Origin: Candidatus Kerfeldbacteria bacterium
GTDB taxonomy: Bacteria; Patescibacteriota; Patescibacteriia; UBA10025; JAHIVO01
DNA length: 64,000 nucleotides
NCBI GenBank assembly: GCA_016214565.1
Contig: JACROE010000002.1
Coordinates: forward strand, 792,007-856,006
Direction: 5' to 3'
In this document: in pieces, positions 10,905 to 20,710 of the stretch
How the letters are laid out: each line of letters opens with the position of its first letter
Numbering within the stretch: the stretch's first letter is position 1
Made by a program: the position numbers and the translations under genes
Notes under the pieces: model-generated
Seen by the model: only the letters and a program-made list of their open reading frames with translations
What the model was told of the DNA's origin: nothing
The model's database searches: none

Positions 10905-11300
10905 ATGTCCCAAAACATCATTTTCGCCACGCTGAAGTACATAGCGATTGAGATCCTGTGGGACATTCTCTATTTTCCGATCTGGTGGTATTCAAAAGGA
11001 TTGGTACGGGCGATTACCCGAGCGACTGAAAGCGCCACATTTCACCTGCAACGACGGGTGGCTTTGGGTATCTGGCTGCGCAGCATGTTTAAACCGATGT
11101 ATGGCGACGCAACAAAAGAGGGGCGCATCATCAGCATCGTATTTCGTATTATCATTTTAGGTTGGAAGATTATTATCGCCGGGTTATGGATTATCCTGCT
11201 TTTTTTAGGCGTGGCACTTTGGGTAGCCTTGCCGATCATAATTGGCTATTACATTTTCTTTCAGGTAACCGATATTACTTTTTTCAGATTTGATCTATAG
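10905..11300 (+). CDS. Hypothetical small membrane protein
   Basis: Hydrophobic ORF ending 2 nt before the Clp ATPase gene. Confidence 0.4.
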   Translation: MSQNIIFATLKYIAIEILWDILYFPIWWYSKGLVRAITRATESATFHLQRRVALGIWLRSMFKPMYGDATKEGRIISIVFRIIILGWKIIIAGLWIILLFLGVALWVALPIIIGYYIFFQVTDITFFRFDL

Positions 11301-11302
11301 CT

Positions 11303-14038
11303 ATGCCGAAATCTCGAGGACAAAGTTTCGTCATACTTGAAGGGGAGCCGAATACCCCCGCCTTTATTGATACCTATCCGGTTTTTGCCTGGCTCGAGGG
11401 ACACGCGTTGTATTGGAAAAAGAAATTAGATACTCTGCATATTTTTGAAGAAGCGCTCGAGCGCTCGGTCAAAGGGCTGATCAACGGCTTTTTACTCCTT
11501 TTTGGATTATTGGGTTTGGGCGCACTCGGTGTGACGATTTATGCGGTGCTGCAGGAGGGGGGGCAGATCGGGGATGTCTTTTTACGGAAAAATGGGTTAA
11601 TGGGCATCTTTGCGATAAGCTTGTTATCTGACTTGTACGCTTATTATCGGATGTCACGCGAATCATTGCTTGATCGCTCGGTCATGGGGCGTTCATTTGA
11701 CCCTATTTTGACCGATGAAAATCCCGTAGTTATTCTTGAGCGTTTGCAGGCCGATCGCGCGACAGACTGGATTGACGTCTCGCAATGTTTGACGCCAAAT
11801 AGCCAGCGCCACGTGGAAGACGCTTGGCAATTAGCACGCAAATTGCGTCACGCGTATGTCGTGCCGCTGCATCTGACTGCGTCACTTCTGAATCATACGG
11901 ATACCAAAGTTGTGTTAGGCCGACTCGGCGTAGATGGCAAAGCTCTGGTAGAGCGCATTTCTCGCGGTTTGGGTAGAATACCGGTGGGCGATGGACGCGT
12001 CGCTATTGGCAGTACATTTCTCCAGGTTGTGTTACGTTCGTATGCTGAGGCATACTATGATCGCCGATCGCGTATTGATGTGGCACAATTACTGACTGCG
12101 CTGATTCAGATGGATGCTCAGACGCAGGAGATTTTTTATGATTTGGAAATAGAACAGCAAGATATAATTAATGCCGTAGAGTGGATCAATATTCAGCATC
12201 GTCTAGCTGAGCGTTGGAGTTCTCAGCGCATGAAAGCTGCCTATAAATCAAAGGGCGTGATGAATAAATCTATGACCGCTCAGGCCACGCCGCTCCTCGA
12301 TCGCTTTTCGTCTGATTTAACTCAGCTGGCTCGGCGCGGCGTCTTGCCTCCAACGATTGGCCGGGATCGTGAGCTGGATGAAGTGCTACGCATTATCGAA
12401 GGGGGCAAGAATGTTATCCTAGCGGGCAATCCCGGTGTAGGGAAGACAAGCATTGTTGAGGGTATTGCTGAAATGATGGCGACTGAAGAGGTTCCGGAAG
12501 TGTTGCAGGACCGGCGATTTGTGAGCTTATCAGTCGCTTCATTAGTTGGAGCGGCTGGCCGTCAGGGCGAGCTCGAAGCATTATTTCTCCAAATCATAAA
12601 TGAAGTGGTACGCTCCGGTAATATTGTTATGTTTATTGATAACATCCAGAACATGGTGGGCGTATCTACTCAAGGTGCAGAGAATATGGATATTGCGGCC
12701 ATGCTGGCTAATGCATTATCTAAGCGATTATTTTTCTGCATTGCCACCACCACGACCCAGGATTACCGTCGCTACATCGAGGGATCCAGCTCATTGACTT
12801 CTGTATTCCAGAAAGTCCAAGTACTTGAGCCGGATACGAATGGTGCGATTCAAATTTTGCAGGGCAAAGCATCTGGCATTGAAGCAAAGAATGAAATATT
12901 TTTCTCCTATCAATCAATCCGCAAAACAGTCGAATTTTCTGAGCGATATATTCACGATCGGTATTTACCGGAAAAAGCAATTGCATTGCTTGAGGAGATT
13001 GGTGTATATGTGCGCAAGAAGCGTGGCAAAAATTCCATTGTGACTACCGAAGATGTCGCAGAAATAGTTTCGAATAAAACAAATGTACCGGTAACCAAAC
13101 TGACTCAACAAGAGACGGAAAAATTATTAAACATGGAACAATTAATCCACGAGCGCATGGTTGACCAAGAGGAAGCGGTGTCGGCGGTGGCTACTGCCCT
13201 GCGTCGGGCTCGCGCTGAATTGCGCGATTTGAATCGGCCGATCGTCAATCTCTTGTTCCTGGGGCCGACTGGTGTGGGTAAAACCGAACTGGCCAAAACA
13301 GTAGCTGATATTTATTTCGGAGCCGAGGAAAATATGATCCGCTTGGATATGTCCGAATACCAAGAGCAAGCCTCAATTAATCGGTTAATTGGAGCGCCCC
13401 CAGGATACAGCGGCGGTGGCCAAGGCGGATTCCTCACTGAAGCAGTGCGCGCCCAGCCATTCTCACTGGTACTCCTGGATGAAATCGAAAAAGCCCATCC
13501 GGATATTCTCAATGTATTCCTCCAAGTGATGGACGATGGTCGATTGACTGACACCCTTGGTCGTACGATTGATTTCACGAACACCATCATCATTGCTACA
13601 TCGAATGCCGGTTCGCAGTTAATTCAAGATCGTATTCGGGAGAAGGCGACGCTGGAGGGTATCCGCGATGAGTTGATTAACCAAGCGCTCAAGCCGTACT
13701 TCCGGCCAGAGTTCCTTAACCGTTTTGACAACATCGTCGTCTTCAAGCCGTTGGCCATGGAGGATATTATTCAAATCGTCGATCTGATGTTGAAACAGGT
13801 GGCCAAGCGATTAGCGCTCAAGGGAATTCGACTGGAGGCAAGCGCCGCAGCCAAAGAAGAATTAGCCCGCGAAGGATTTGATCCGGTGTTTGGTGCCCGT
13901 CCTTTACGCCGTGCCATTCAAGACAAAGTGGATAATGCGTTAGCCACCTATTTATTGCAAGGCCGCTTGAGCCGTCGCGACGTGGCCGTGCTTGAGGTGG
14001 GCGGTCGTATTTCAGTGAGACAAGCAGAAGCGTTATAA
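11303..14038 (+). CDS. Clp-family AAA+ ATPase (ClpA/ClpC/ClpB-like) with an N-terminal transmembrane anchor
   Basis: Two Walker A boxes (GNPGVGKTSIVEGIA and GPTGVGKTELAKTVA), Clp_N-like repeats, and LIGAPPGYSGGGQGGFLTE. A predicted TM helix (LLLFGLLGLGALGVTIYAV) lies near residues 60–85. Confidence 0.8.
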   Translation: MPKSRGQSFVILEGEPNTPAFIDTYPVFAWLEGHALYWKKKLDTLHIFEEALERSVKGLINGFLLLFGLLGLGALGVTIYAVLQEGGQIGDVFLRKNGLMGIFAISLLSDLYAYYRMSRESLLDRSVMGRSFDPILTDENPVVILERLQADRATDWIDVSQCLTPNSQRHVEDAWQLARKLRHAYVVPLHLTASLLNHTDTKVVLGRLGVDGKALVERISRGLGRIPVGDGRVAIGSTFLQVVLRSYAEAYYDRRSRIDVAQLLTALIQMDAQTQEIFYDLEIEQQDIINAVEWINIQHRLAERWSSQRMKAAYKSKGVMNKSMTAQATPLLDRFSSDLTQLARRGVLPPTIGRDRELDEVLRIIEGGKNVILAGNPGVGKTSIVEGIAEMMATEEVPEVLQDRRFVSLSVASLVGAAGRQGELEALFLQIINEVVRSGNIVMFIDNIQNMVGVSTQGAENMDIAAMLANALSKRLFFCIATTTTQDYRRYIEGSSSLTSVFQKVQVLEPDTNGAIQILQGKASGIEAKNEIFFSYQSIRKTVEFSERYIHDRYLPEKAIALLEEIGVYVRKKRGKNSIVTTEDVAEIVSNKTNVPVTKLTQQETEKLLNMEQLIHERMVDQEEAVSAVATALRRARAELRDLNRPIVNLLFLGPTGVGKTELAKTVADIYFGAEENMIRLDMSEYQEQASINRLIGAPPGYSGGGQGGFLTEAVRAQPFSLVLLDEIEKAHPDILNVFLQVMDDGRLTDTLGRTIDFTNTIIIATSNAGSQLIQDRIREKATLEGIRDELINQALKPYFRPEFLNRFDNIVVFKPLAMEDIIQIVDLMLKQVAKRLALKGIRLEASAAAKEELAREGFDPVFGARPLRRAIQDKVDNALATYLLQGRLSRRDVAVLEVGGRISVRQAEAL

Positions 14039-14053
14039 AATAATTATATACCC

Positions 14054-14530
14054 ATGACTACGTACAGCCATCCGGGCGTATTGCCTGATGAAAAAATAAA
14101 ACAGAAGCGTGCCCGCTTGCAGACGAATAAGGGCACTATTGTATTCGAATTGTTTGCGGATGATGCGCCCGCGACCGTGAGCAACTTCGTCTATCTGACG
14201 GAGGCGGACTACTACAATGGCGTGACGTTTCATCGGGTGGTGCCGGGTTTTGTCATCCAGGGCGGCGATCCGACGGGTACTGGCGCCGGTGGTCCGGGAT
14301 ATCGATTTCCCGATGAGCCGGTGCGGCGGGAATATGATGAAGGCATTGTGGCCATGGCCAATGCAGGACCGGATACCAATGGCTCGCAATTTTTTATTAT
14401 GTTAGCTGATAATAATAGCTTGCCAAAAGCGTATACCATCTTTGGCAAGGTGATTGAGGGCATGGATGTCGTCAAACGCATTGTTGCTGGGGACGTGATG
14501 GAACACGTGCGGATAGAATCTGGGGAATAA
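14054..14530 (+). CDS. ppiB: Peptidyl-prolyl cis-trans isomerase (cyclophilin type)
   Basis: Cyclophilin core motif FHRVVPGFVIQGGDPTGTGAGGPGYRFPDE. Confidence 0.85.
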   Translation: MTTYSHPGVLPDEKIKQKRARLQTNKGTIVFELFADDAPATVSNFVYLTEADYYNGVTFHRVVPGFVIQGGDPTGTGAGGPGYRFPDEPVRREYDEGIVAMANAGPDTNGSQFFIMLADNNSLPKAYTIFGKVIEGMDVVKRIVAGDVMEHVRIESGE

Positions 14531-14579
14531 AAAAAATCGCCTCAATCGGCGGTTGTCGTTAGACCAGAGCTCGCGATGC

Positions 14580-14963
14580 TTATGAAGCTACTTCTTGGGT
14601 TTGGTTGATGACAAATGATACCAGTGCCCAGGATAGCAAAATGACCACCAGCCCGATTACCGCGGCGCGGAGGATTTCTTTTGCTTTGCGGACTTTTTCT
14701 TCATTGCCGGCAGACGTCATCCACATCACCCCGCCAATCAGCACCATAATAACCGCGACCAACCCTAATACCCCGAGTGCCCATTGGATGACATTAACCG
14801 TGATTGTTTGCGGGTCTTCGTCAGGCAACTTGGTTGCTTGCTTGATTTTCCCTTCGGGATCAAATTGCACGCCATAAAAGGTCTGCGCCCAGGCGGTTTT
14901 GACCGTGGTCGCCAGTAGCGTGAGAGTGCCGAGGGAAATGAGAGCAATGCGTTTCATAGGCAT
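14580..14963 (-). CDS. TrbC/VirB2-like type IV secretion pilin
   Basis: Signal peptide ending in AWA, then two hydrophobic helices around the motif GGVMWMTSAGNEEKVRKAKEILRAAVIGLVVILLSWALVSFV. This is the T4SS-pilin pattern (GG..Y.TSAGDP.K..KAK...). Confidence 0.55.
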   Translation of the reverse strand: MPMKRIALISLGTLTLLATTVKTAWAQTFYGVQFDPEGKIKQATKLPDEDPQTITVNVIQWALGVLGLVAVIMVLIGGVMWMTSAGNEEKVRKAKEILRAAVIGLVVILLSWALVSFVINQTQEVAS

Positions 14964-15032
14964 AGTATAGCTTGGTTTTTAAGGTATTGTCAACGAATAT
15001 CACATTGCCAAAAAGGTTCAGAAACGTTATAC

Positions 15033-16394
15033 TTGAGAACAATTATGGCGGAATTATCACCCATGGAAAAAGTCATCTCCCTTGCCAAGCGGCGGGGTTT
15101 TATATTTCAATCCGGCGAAATCTACGGCGGCCTACAAGGGTTTTGGGATTTTGGCCCCCTGGGTGTTGAGTTGAAAAATAACATCAAGAAGTCCTGGTGG
15201 AAGCGATTTGTCCAGGGACGAGCAAATGTGGTTGGGCAGGATGCGGCCATTGTGACCAATCCGACGGTGTGGCAGAAGAGCGGCCACGTGGGCGGCTTTG
15301 CTGACACGTTAGTTGAGTGCAAAAAATGCCATCACCGGTTCAAGGCTGATGATTTAGCTGATACCAAGAAATGCCCTGATTGCGGCGGAACACTGACCGA
15401 GGCAAAGCAATTCAATACTATGTTCAAAACATTTGTCGGCCCAACTGAGGATTCCGCTAGTGTGGCATATTTGCGTCCGGAAACCGCGCAGAATATTTTT
15501 GTAAATTTTGAATTGGTGCGACAGTCGATGCGATTGAAAGTGCCCTTTGGCATTGGGCAGATCGGCAAAGCCTTCCGCAATGAAATCACCCCGGGCAATT
15601 TTATTTTCCGCTCGCGTGAATTTGAACAAATGGAGCTGGAGTATTTCATTAATCCAAAAGACGACGAAAAAGAATTTAAGGCATGGGTTGAGGCTAGCAT
15701 GCAGTGGTTCCTCGATTTGGGTATTAAGAAAGATAATTTACGTTTCTTCGAACAACCCAAGTCGGAACTTGCGCATTATTCAAAAGCCACCACGGACATC
15801 GAATACAATTTTCCTTTCTCCTCCAAAGGCGGATCCGCCTCTGGAGGAGACAAAGGCTGGTCAGAGCTGATGGGTATTGCCAACCGAACTGACTTTGACC
15901 TGAAGGCGCACGGTTTATCTTATCGCGATGAAGTGTCTAATGAAACATTTGTACCGTATGTGATAGAGCCGTCGGCTGGCGTGGATCGTGCGGCGTTAGC
16001 ATTTCTTATTGATGCCTATACGGAAATCAGCGGCGGACGCAGTACCACCACCGAGAGCAACAAAGAACAAGAAGTGGTGTTGCGGCTGCATAAAGAATTA
16101 GCGCCAATCAAAGTCGCCGTACTTCCATTGTCCAAAAAAGATGAAGTATCGGGTCCAGCCAAAGAAATTGCACAGACATTGCGCCAGCATTGGACCATCC
16201 AATATGATGACATTGCCTCTATCGGCCGACGCTATCGTCGTCAAGACGAAATCGGTACGCCCTACTGCGTCACCTATGATTTTGATAGCAATACTGATAA
16301 ACAAGTGACTGTCCGTGATCGGGATACGATGACCCAGGAACGAATACCCGTCGGGGATTTAGTAGAGTATTTGGGGAAAAAGCTTAGTAGCTAG
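15033..16394 (+). CDS. glyQS: Glycine--tRNA ligase (alpha2 type)
   Basis: LAKRRGFIFQSGEIYGGLQGFWDFGPLGVELKNNI is a GlyRS signature, and class II motifs are present. The likely start is ATG 15045. Confidence 0.85.
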   Translation: MRTIMAELSPMEKVISLAKRRGFIFQSGEIYGGLQGFWDFGPLGVELKNNIKKSWWKRFVQGRANVVGQDAAIVTNPTVWQKSGHVGGFADTLVECKKCHHRFKADDLADTKKCPDCGGTLTEAKQFNTMFKTFVGPTEDSASVAYLRPETAQNIFVNFELVRQSMRLKVPFGIGQIGKAFRNEITPGNFIFRSREFEQMELEYFINPKDDEKEFKAWVEASMQWFLDLGIKKDNLRFFEQPKSELAHYSKATTDIEYNFPFSSKGGSASGGDKGWSELMGIANRTDFDLKAHGLSYRDEVSNETFVPYVIEPSAGVDRAALAFLIDAYTEISGGRSTTTESNKEQEVVLRLHKELAPIKVAVLPLSKKDEVSGPAKEIAQTLRQHWTIQYDDIASIGRRYRRQDEIGTPYCVTYDFDSNTDKQVTVRDRDTMTQERIPVGDLVEYLGKKLSS

Positions 16395-16473
16395 CGAATA
16401 TGTAGTCATTAGTGCCCGCAGGGCGGGAGATTCTTCACCGGCTTTGCCGGTTTCAGAATGACAACGGCCATAT

Positions 16474-16917
16474 ATGAAATACACCATCACTCGACTATCT
16501 CAAAAGCACCTGACTCAAGAATTTTTTGAGGCACTGATGAATTTATCAAAATCAGTACAGGTGAGCATTCCGCGCGCCAGGCAGACATTTAAGAAAATTC
16601 AGCGTAATAAAAATCAAGTTCATTTGGTGGCCGTAGATCAGCGCGGCATGGTGCTTGGCTTGACCACGCTTATTCTGGAGCAAAAGTTTGTGCATAATTT
16701 CCGGATGATGGGGCATATCGAAGACGTGGTTGTACGTCCGGCTTATGAACGGCGGGGTATTGGTCGGGCACTGATTCGTCAGGCGATTGCTGAAGCGAAA
16801 AAGGCTGGCTGCTACCGATTGCGCCTGTTCTGCGCTGACCACAATCTACCATTTTACCGCAAGGCAGGCTTTCGGCCGCATGAAAATGCCATGCAACTTG
16901 ATTTAATTAAAAAATAA
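16474..16917 (+). CDS. GNAT-family N-acetyltransferase
   Basis: Acetyl-CoA binding motif IEDVVVRPAYERRGIGRALIRQA. Confidence 0.7.
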   Translation: MKYTITRLSQKHLTQEFFEALMNLSKSVQVSIPRARQTFKKIQRNKNQVHLVAVDQRGMVLGLTTLILEQKFVHNFRMMGHIEDVVVRPAYERRGIGRALIRQAIAEAKKAGCYRLRLFCADHNLPFYRKAGFRPHENAMQLDLIKK

Positions 16918-16931
16918 AGCTTACCATCTCC

Positions 16932-18197
16932 ATGTTCACCACCCATACCCTGAAAAATGGCATGCGCGTTATCGTCGCTCCGCTACGGGATACTAAAGCC
17001 GTGACGCTTCTAGTCTTAGTCAAAGTCGGCTCTCGATTTGAGGCGCGGAATATCAATGGTATTTCGCATTTTGTGGAGCACTTGATGTTCAAGGGCACCA
17101 CCAAGCGGCCGACGGCACTGAAGATTACTCGTGAATTGGACGGCATTGGTGCGGAGTACAATGCTTTCACCTCAAAAGACGTGACGGGGTATTATATCAA
17201 AGCTCATATTGATAAATTACCATTGCTTCTCGACATGCTGTCAGACATGCTGCAACATTCGATTTTTGATCCCAAGGAAATTGAGCGGGAGCGCGGCGTC
17301 ATCATTGAGGAAATCAATATGTACGAGGATAATCCCTTGATGATGATGGAAGATGTGTTTGAACAAACGGTGTGGGGTGATCATCCGCTAGGCTGGAATA
17401 TCGCCGGTCCGAAATCAGTTATTCAGAAAGTAACTCGCCAGCAATTATTGGATTACTACAACACCTATTACCGACCGACCAACATGTTGGTGGCTGTATC
17501 TGGAAACGTCAGCGAAACGGTGGTGGATGATATTAGTCGGCACTTTGCGCGCGGCACTTCCCAGAAAAAATCCTATTCTTTCCGCGCTGTTCCACCGGTA
17601 CAGCGGGAGCCGCATGTCATGGTGAAGAAAAAAGATACCGAGCAGATTCAACTGGGCCTTGGGTTCCCCGCGTATCCGCATGGGCATAAGGATTTATACC
17701 CACTCTACTTATTGAATGTGATTATGGGTGGTAATATGAGCTCTCGACTGTTCATGTCGATTCGTGAGAAAAAAGGATTGTGTTATTTTATCCGCACCAG
17801 CGTGAATCCGTATGAGGACACGGGTATTTTTATGGTACAGGCTGGCTTGGATAAGTCTCGGATTGATGAAGCGGTCACCGCCATTCTGGAAGAGCTGAAT
17901 AAGGTGAAGGTAGCCGGGATTACTTCCGCAGAATTGAAGAAAGCGCGCGAATTTATTAAGGGTAAATTGATCCTTGATCTGGAAGCGTCTGATGAAGTTG
18001 CCTCGTGGCTGGCTCGACAAATGCTTTTTGAGAAAAAAGTTAAAACGCCAGCCGAAATGATTGAACGATTGGAGAAGGTAACCATCGCCGACATTAAACG
18101 AGTGGCACGCGATGTGATTCGGCGCGACCGCATTAATCTCGCCCTGATTGGGCCATTGGATTCAGCTGAGCGATTTTCCCGATTATTAAAGGTATAG
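16932..18197 (+). CDS. M16-family zinc peptidase (pitrilysin/insulinase-like)
   Basis: Inverted zinc-binding motif HFVEHLMFKGT (HxxEH) near the N-terminus; ~420 aa. Confidence 0.7.
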   Translation: MFTTHTLKNGMRVIVAPLRDTKAVTLLVLVKVGSRFEARNINGISHFVEHLMFKGTTKRPTALKITRELDGIGAEYNAFTSKDVTGYYIKAHIDKLPLLLDMLSDMLQHSIFDPKEIERERGVIIEEINMYEDNPLMMMEDVFEQTVWGDHPLGWNIAGPKSVIQKVTRQQLLDYYNTYYRPTNMLVAVSGNVSETVVDDISRHFARGTSQKKSYSFRAVPPVQREPHVMVKKKDTEQIQLGLGFPAYPHGHKDLYPLYLLNVIMGGNMSSRLFMSIREKKGLCYFIRTSVNPYEDTGIFMVQAGLDKSRIDEAVTAILEELNKVKVAGITSAELKKAREFIKGKLILDLEASDEVASWLARQMLFEKKVKTPAEMIERLEKVTIADIKRVARDVIRRDRINLALIGPLDSAERFSRLLKV

Positions 18198-18227
18198 TAT
18201 ACTGATTATTGGAGGATTTGCCGCAGT

Positions 18228-19289
18228 ATGAGTGAGCATCACGATAAGCAATTCACGATTAATATTTCGACCGGATCTATTGTTCGATTTCTGGTTATTT
18301 TAGCCGTATTGGGCATCGTGTATTTGCTGCGCGAGGTGATTTTGATTTTGATTGTGGCAATTATTATAGCCAGTGCGCTCAATCCCTGGGTGGCCAGTTT
18401 GCAGCGTCGGGGCATCCCGCGCATTGTGGCAACCCTGTGCATTTACATTTTATTTTTTGGTTCATTTATCGTGGTGTTGATGCTGATGATACCGCCGATT
18501 GCTGGACAGATTTCCGATATTGCCCATAATTTTCCGCAGTACTATAATCGGGTCGTCAATGATTTTCAGCAATTTCAGGATTTTTCATTGCAGCAGAAAG
18601 TATTGGATAATTTAGATTCAGTTTTCAAATCGCTGGAAACGAATATCGGAAAATCCAGCGGTGGTATCTTCAGTCTGCTCGGAGGAGTCTTCGGTGGTTT
18701 CTTTGCTTTCATTGGCGTGGTTGTCATTACTTTTTACATGTTGCTGGAGGACAACGCTCTCAAAACGTTTATCCGTTCAGTCACCCCAGTCAAATACCAG
18801 CCGTATGTTTTTCAGCTGGTGAATCGATCACAGGATAATTTGCGCATGTGGCTTAGAGGTCAATTAATTTTAAGTTTGATTATTGGCGTACTAACATATA
18901 TTGGATTAACTTTATTGGGCGTTGAATACGCGTTGGTATTAGCTCTCTGGGCGGCGCTGACTGAGTTTATTCCGTATCTGGGACCGACACTGGGCGCAAT
19001 TCCCGCGGTGTTTATTGGGTTGACCACGGGCAATTTTATTCAGGGTGTGGCGGTGGTTGGGCTGTACGTCGTTATTCAGCAATTAGAAAATCATCTGATC
19101 GTTCCGAAAGTCATGCAAAAGGCAGTCGGCCTCAATCCATTGGTGGTCATCGTATTGATGTTAGTTGGCGCAAAATTAGCGGGCATTCTCGGATTATTAC
19201 TGGCCGTGCCGTTTGGCTTGATAGTCAAGTCGTTCGTGGATGATTTTACGGCAACGAAAGAGGAGAAAGAGGCGGTACTCGAGAATTAA
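18228..19289 (+). CDS. AI-2E family transporter (PerM/YhhT-like permease)
   Basis: Polytopic membrane protein carrying ALTEFIPYLGPTLGAIPAV, which is typical of UPF0118/AI-2E. A GGAGG Shine-Dalgarno lies upstream. Confidence 0.7.
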   Translation: MSEHHDKQFTINISTGSIVRFLVILAVLGIVYLLREVILILIVAIIIASALNPWVASLQRRGIPRIVATLCIYILFFGSFIVVLMLMIPPIAGQISDIAHNFPQYYNRVVNDFQQFQDFSLQQKVLDNLDSVFKSLETNIGKSSGGIFSLLGGVFGGFFAFIGVVVITFYMLLEDNALKTFIRSVTPVKYQPYVFQLVNRSQDNLRMWLRGQLILSLIIGVLTYIGLTLLGVEYALVLALWAALTEFIPYLGPTLGAIPAVFIGLTTGNFIQGVAVVGLYVVIQQLENHLIVPKVMQKAVGLNPLVVIVLMLVGAKLAGILGLLLAVPFGLIVKSFVDDFTATKEEKEAVLEN

Positions 19290-19344
19290 AAAAATGGAGC
19301 GACCGGGGAGGCCCGATCGCTCAGTGAAGTGGTAATGTTGAGAA

Positions 19345-19671
19345 TTACCGAGGTTTGAAATGAAGGTGGCTAGAAGTGCCTTCACGTTTTCTTTTGTTTG
19401 CCCGTTTATGGCGGGTCAACAATTTGTTTTTCCGAACCGATGGCGGTTCATAGCGCCCATAGGTGCGTCGTGTGTCCGCGGTAACGCGGGTTTTTTCCAG
19501 CAGGTGCCGGAGTCGACGGATGGCGCTTTCGATTGATTCGCCTTCACGGACACGCACGCCGCCATTTCCTGTTTTCCGGGATTTGATTGGCGGTGGTGGC
19601 TGACTCCACAGATACCCTCTTCCTCCCGTAGTCGGGCGGTCATACAAACCATAGGTTATGGGGTTGTACAT
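19345..19671 (-). CDS. rpsU: 30S ribosomal protein S21 with a Gly/Pro-rich N-terminal extension
   Basis: The core VRVREGESIESAIRRLRHLLEKTRVTADTRRTYGRYEPPSVRKNKLLTRHKRANKRK matches S21. ATG 19671 is preceded by GAGGAGGAACA. Confidence 0.6.
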   Translation of the reverse strand: MYNPITYGLYDRPTTGGRGYLWSQPPPPIKSRKTGNGGVRVREGESIESAIRRLRHLLEKTRVTADTRRTYGRYEPPSVRKNKLLTRHKRANKRKREGTSSHLHFKPR

Positions 19672-19774
19672 TGTTCCTCCTCAGTCGTTGTATTGGAGAC
19701 TATACTTGATTGACGAAAGTACGAGTAGCATTGTATGTTGGATGAGCATAGCAATGGCATATTAATTAGTCAAT

Positions 19775-20464
19775 ATGGAATCTAGACAAGGCACTCTTTT
19801 TATTATTGCTACTCCCATTGGAAATCTCGAAGACATAACATTTCGAGCTATTCGTGTGTTGAAAGAGTCTGATCTGATACTCTGTGAGGATACGCGGCAC
19901 ACTGCCCAGCTGCTCAATCATTTCGAGATCAAGCGGCCGCTTTTGAGCTACCACCAACATTCGACGGTGCAGAAAGTTGACGAAATTATTCAGTATCTCC
20001 GGGAAGGGAAGTCGTTAGCGCTAGTTTCAGATGCGGGTACGCCGGGGATTTCTGATCCGGGTGGCGTCTTGATTCACCAGGTGGTACAGGCGTTAGGCGA
20101 ATCGGTGCGTATTGTGCCGATTCCTGGTGCGTCGGCTTTGGCAACCATGATATCAGTCGCCGGTGTGCCAATGGATAAATTTGTCTTCTTTGGTTTCTTG
20201 CCACACAAAAAAGGACGCCAGACTCTTTTTCAGGAGATTGCGGAATCAGAACGCACCGTTATTTTTTATGAATCCACCCATCGCATCATAAAGGCGCTTG
20301 AATCATTAGTATCAGTATTAGCGCCTGATCGACAGATCGTGGTTGGTCGAGAGTTGACCAAGCAATTTGAAACCATCTATCGCGGGTCAGCAGCCGAGGT
20401 TCTGACTGCACTGCAAGCTGATGTCGTCAAAGGGGAATTTGTGGTGGTGGTGAGTGGGAAGTAA
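19775..20464 (+). CDS. rsmI: 16S rRNA (cytidine1402-2'-O)-methyltransferase
   Basis: RsmI tetrapyrrole-methylase-like N-terminus (IATPIGNLEDITFRAIRVLKESDLILCEDTRHTAQLL). Confidence 0.8.
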   Translation: MESRQGTLFIIATPIGNLEDITFRAIRVLKESDLILCEDTRHTAQLLNHFEIKRPLLSYHQHSTVQKVDEIIQYLREGKSLALVSDAGTPGISDPGGVLIHQVVQALGESVRIVPIPGASALATMISVAGVPMDKFVFFGFLPHKKGRQTLFQEIAESERTVIFYESTHRIIKALESLVSVLAPDRQIVVGRELTKQFETIYRGSAAEVLTALQADVVKGEFVVVVSGK

Positions 20465-20710
20465 TATATTTAGTGATAAAAAATTTGACACAGTGTTTTG
20501 TTCTGACCTGATGCGGGCGATTGATTCCGCGCATTTGGTATTTGGCAAGCAATAAGAGATCATTCAGGACAAACGATTGTGCGAAGTAAATTACGGAGAT
20601 TGGAATGAATGGCGATAAGATTCATTTTTTGGTAGTGATTACCACATTTTAAATGAAAAGCCGCAAGAATGTTTCATCTTACGGCTTATTTGTGCATTGC
20701 TTGCAACTGG

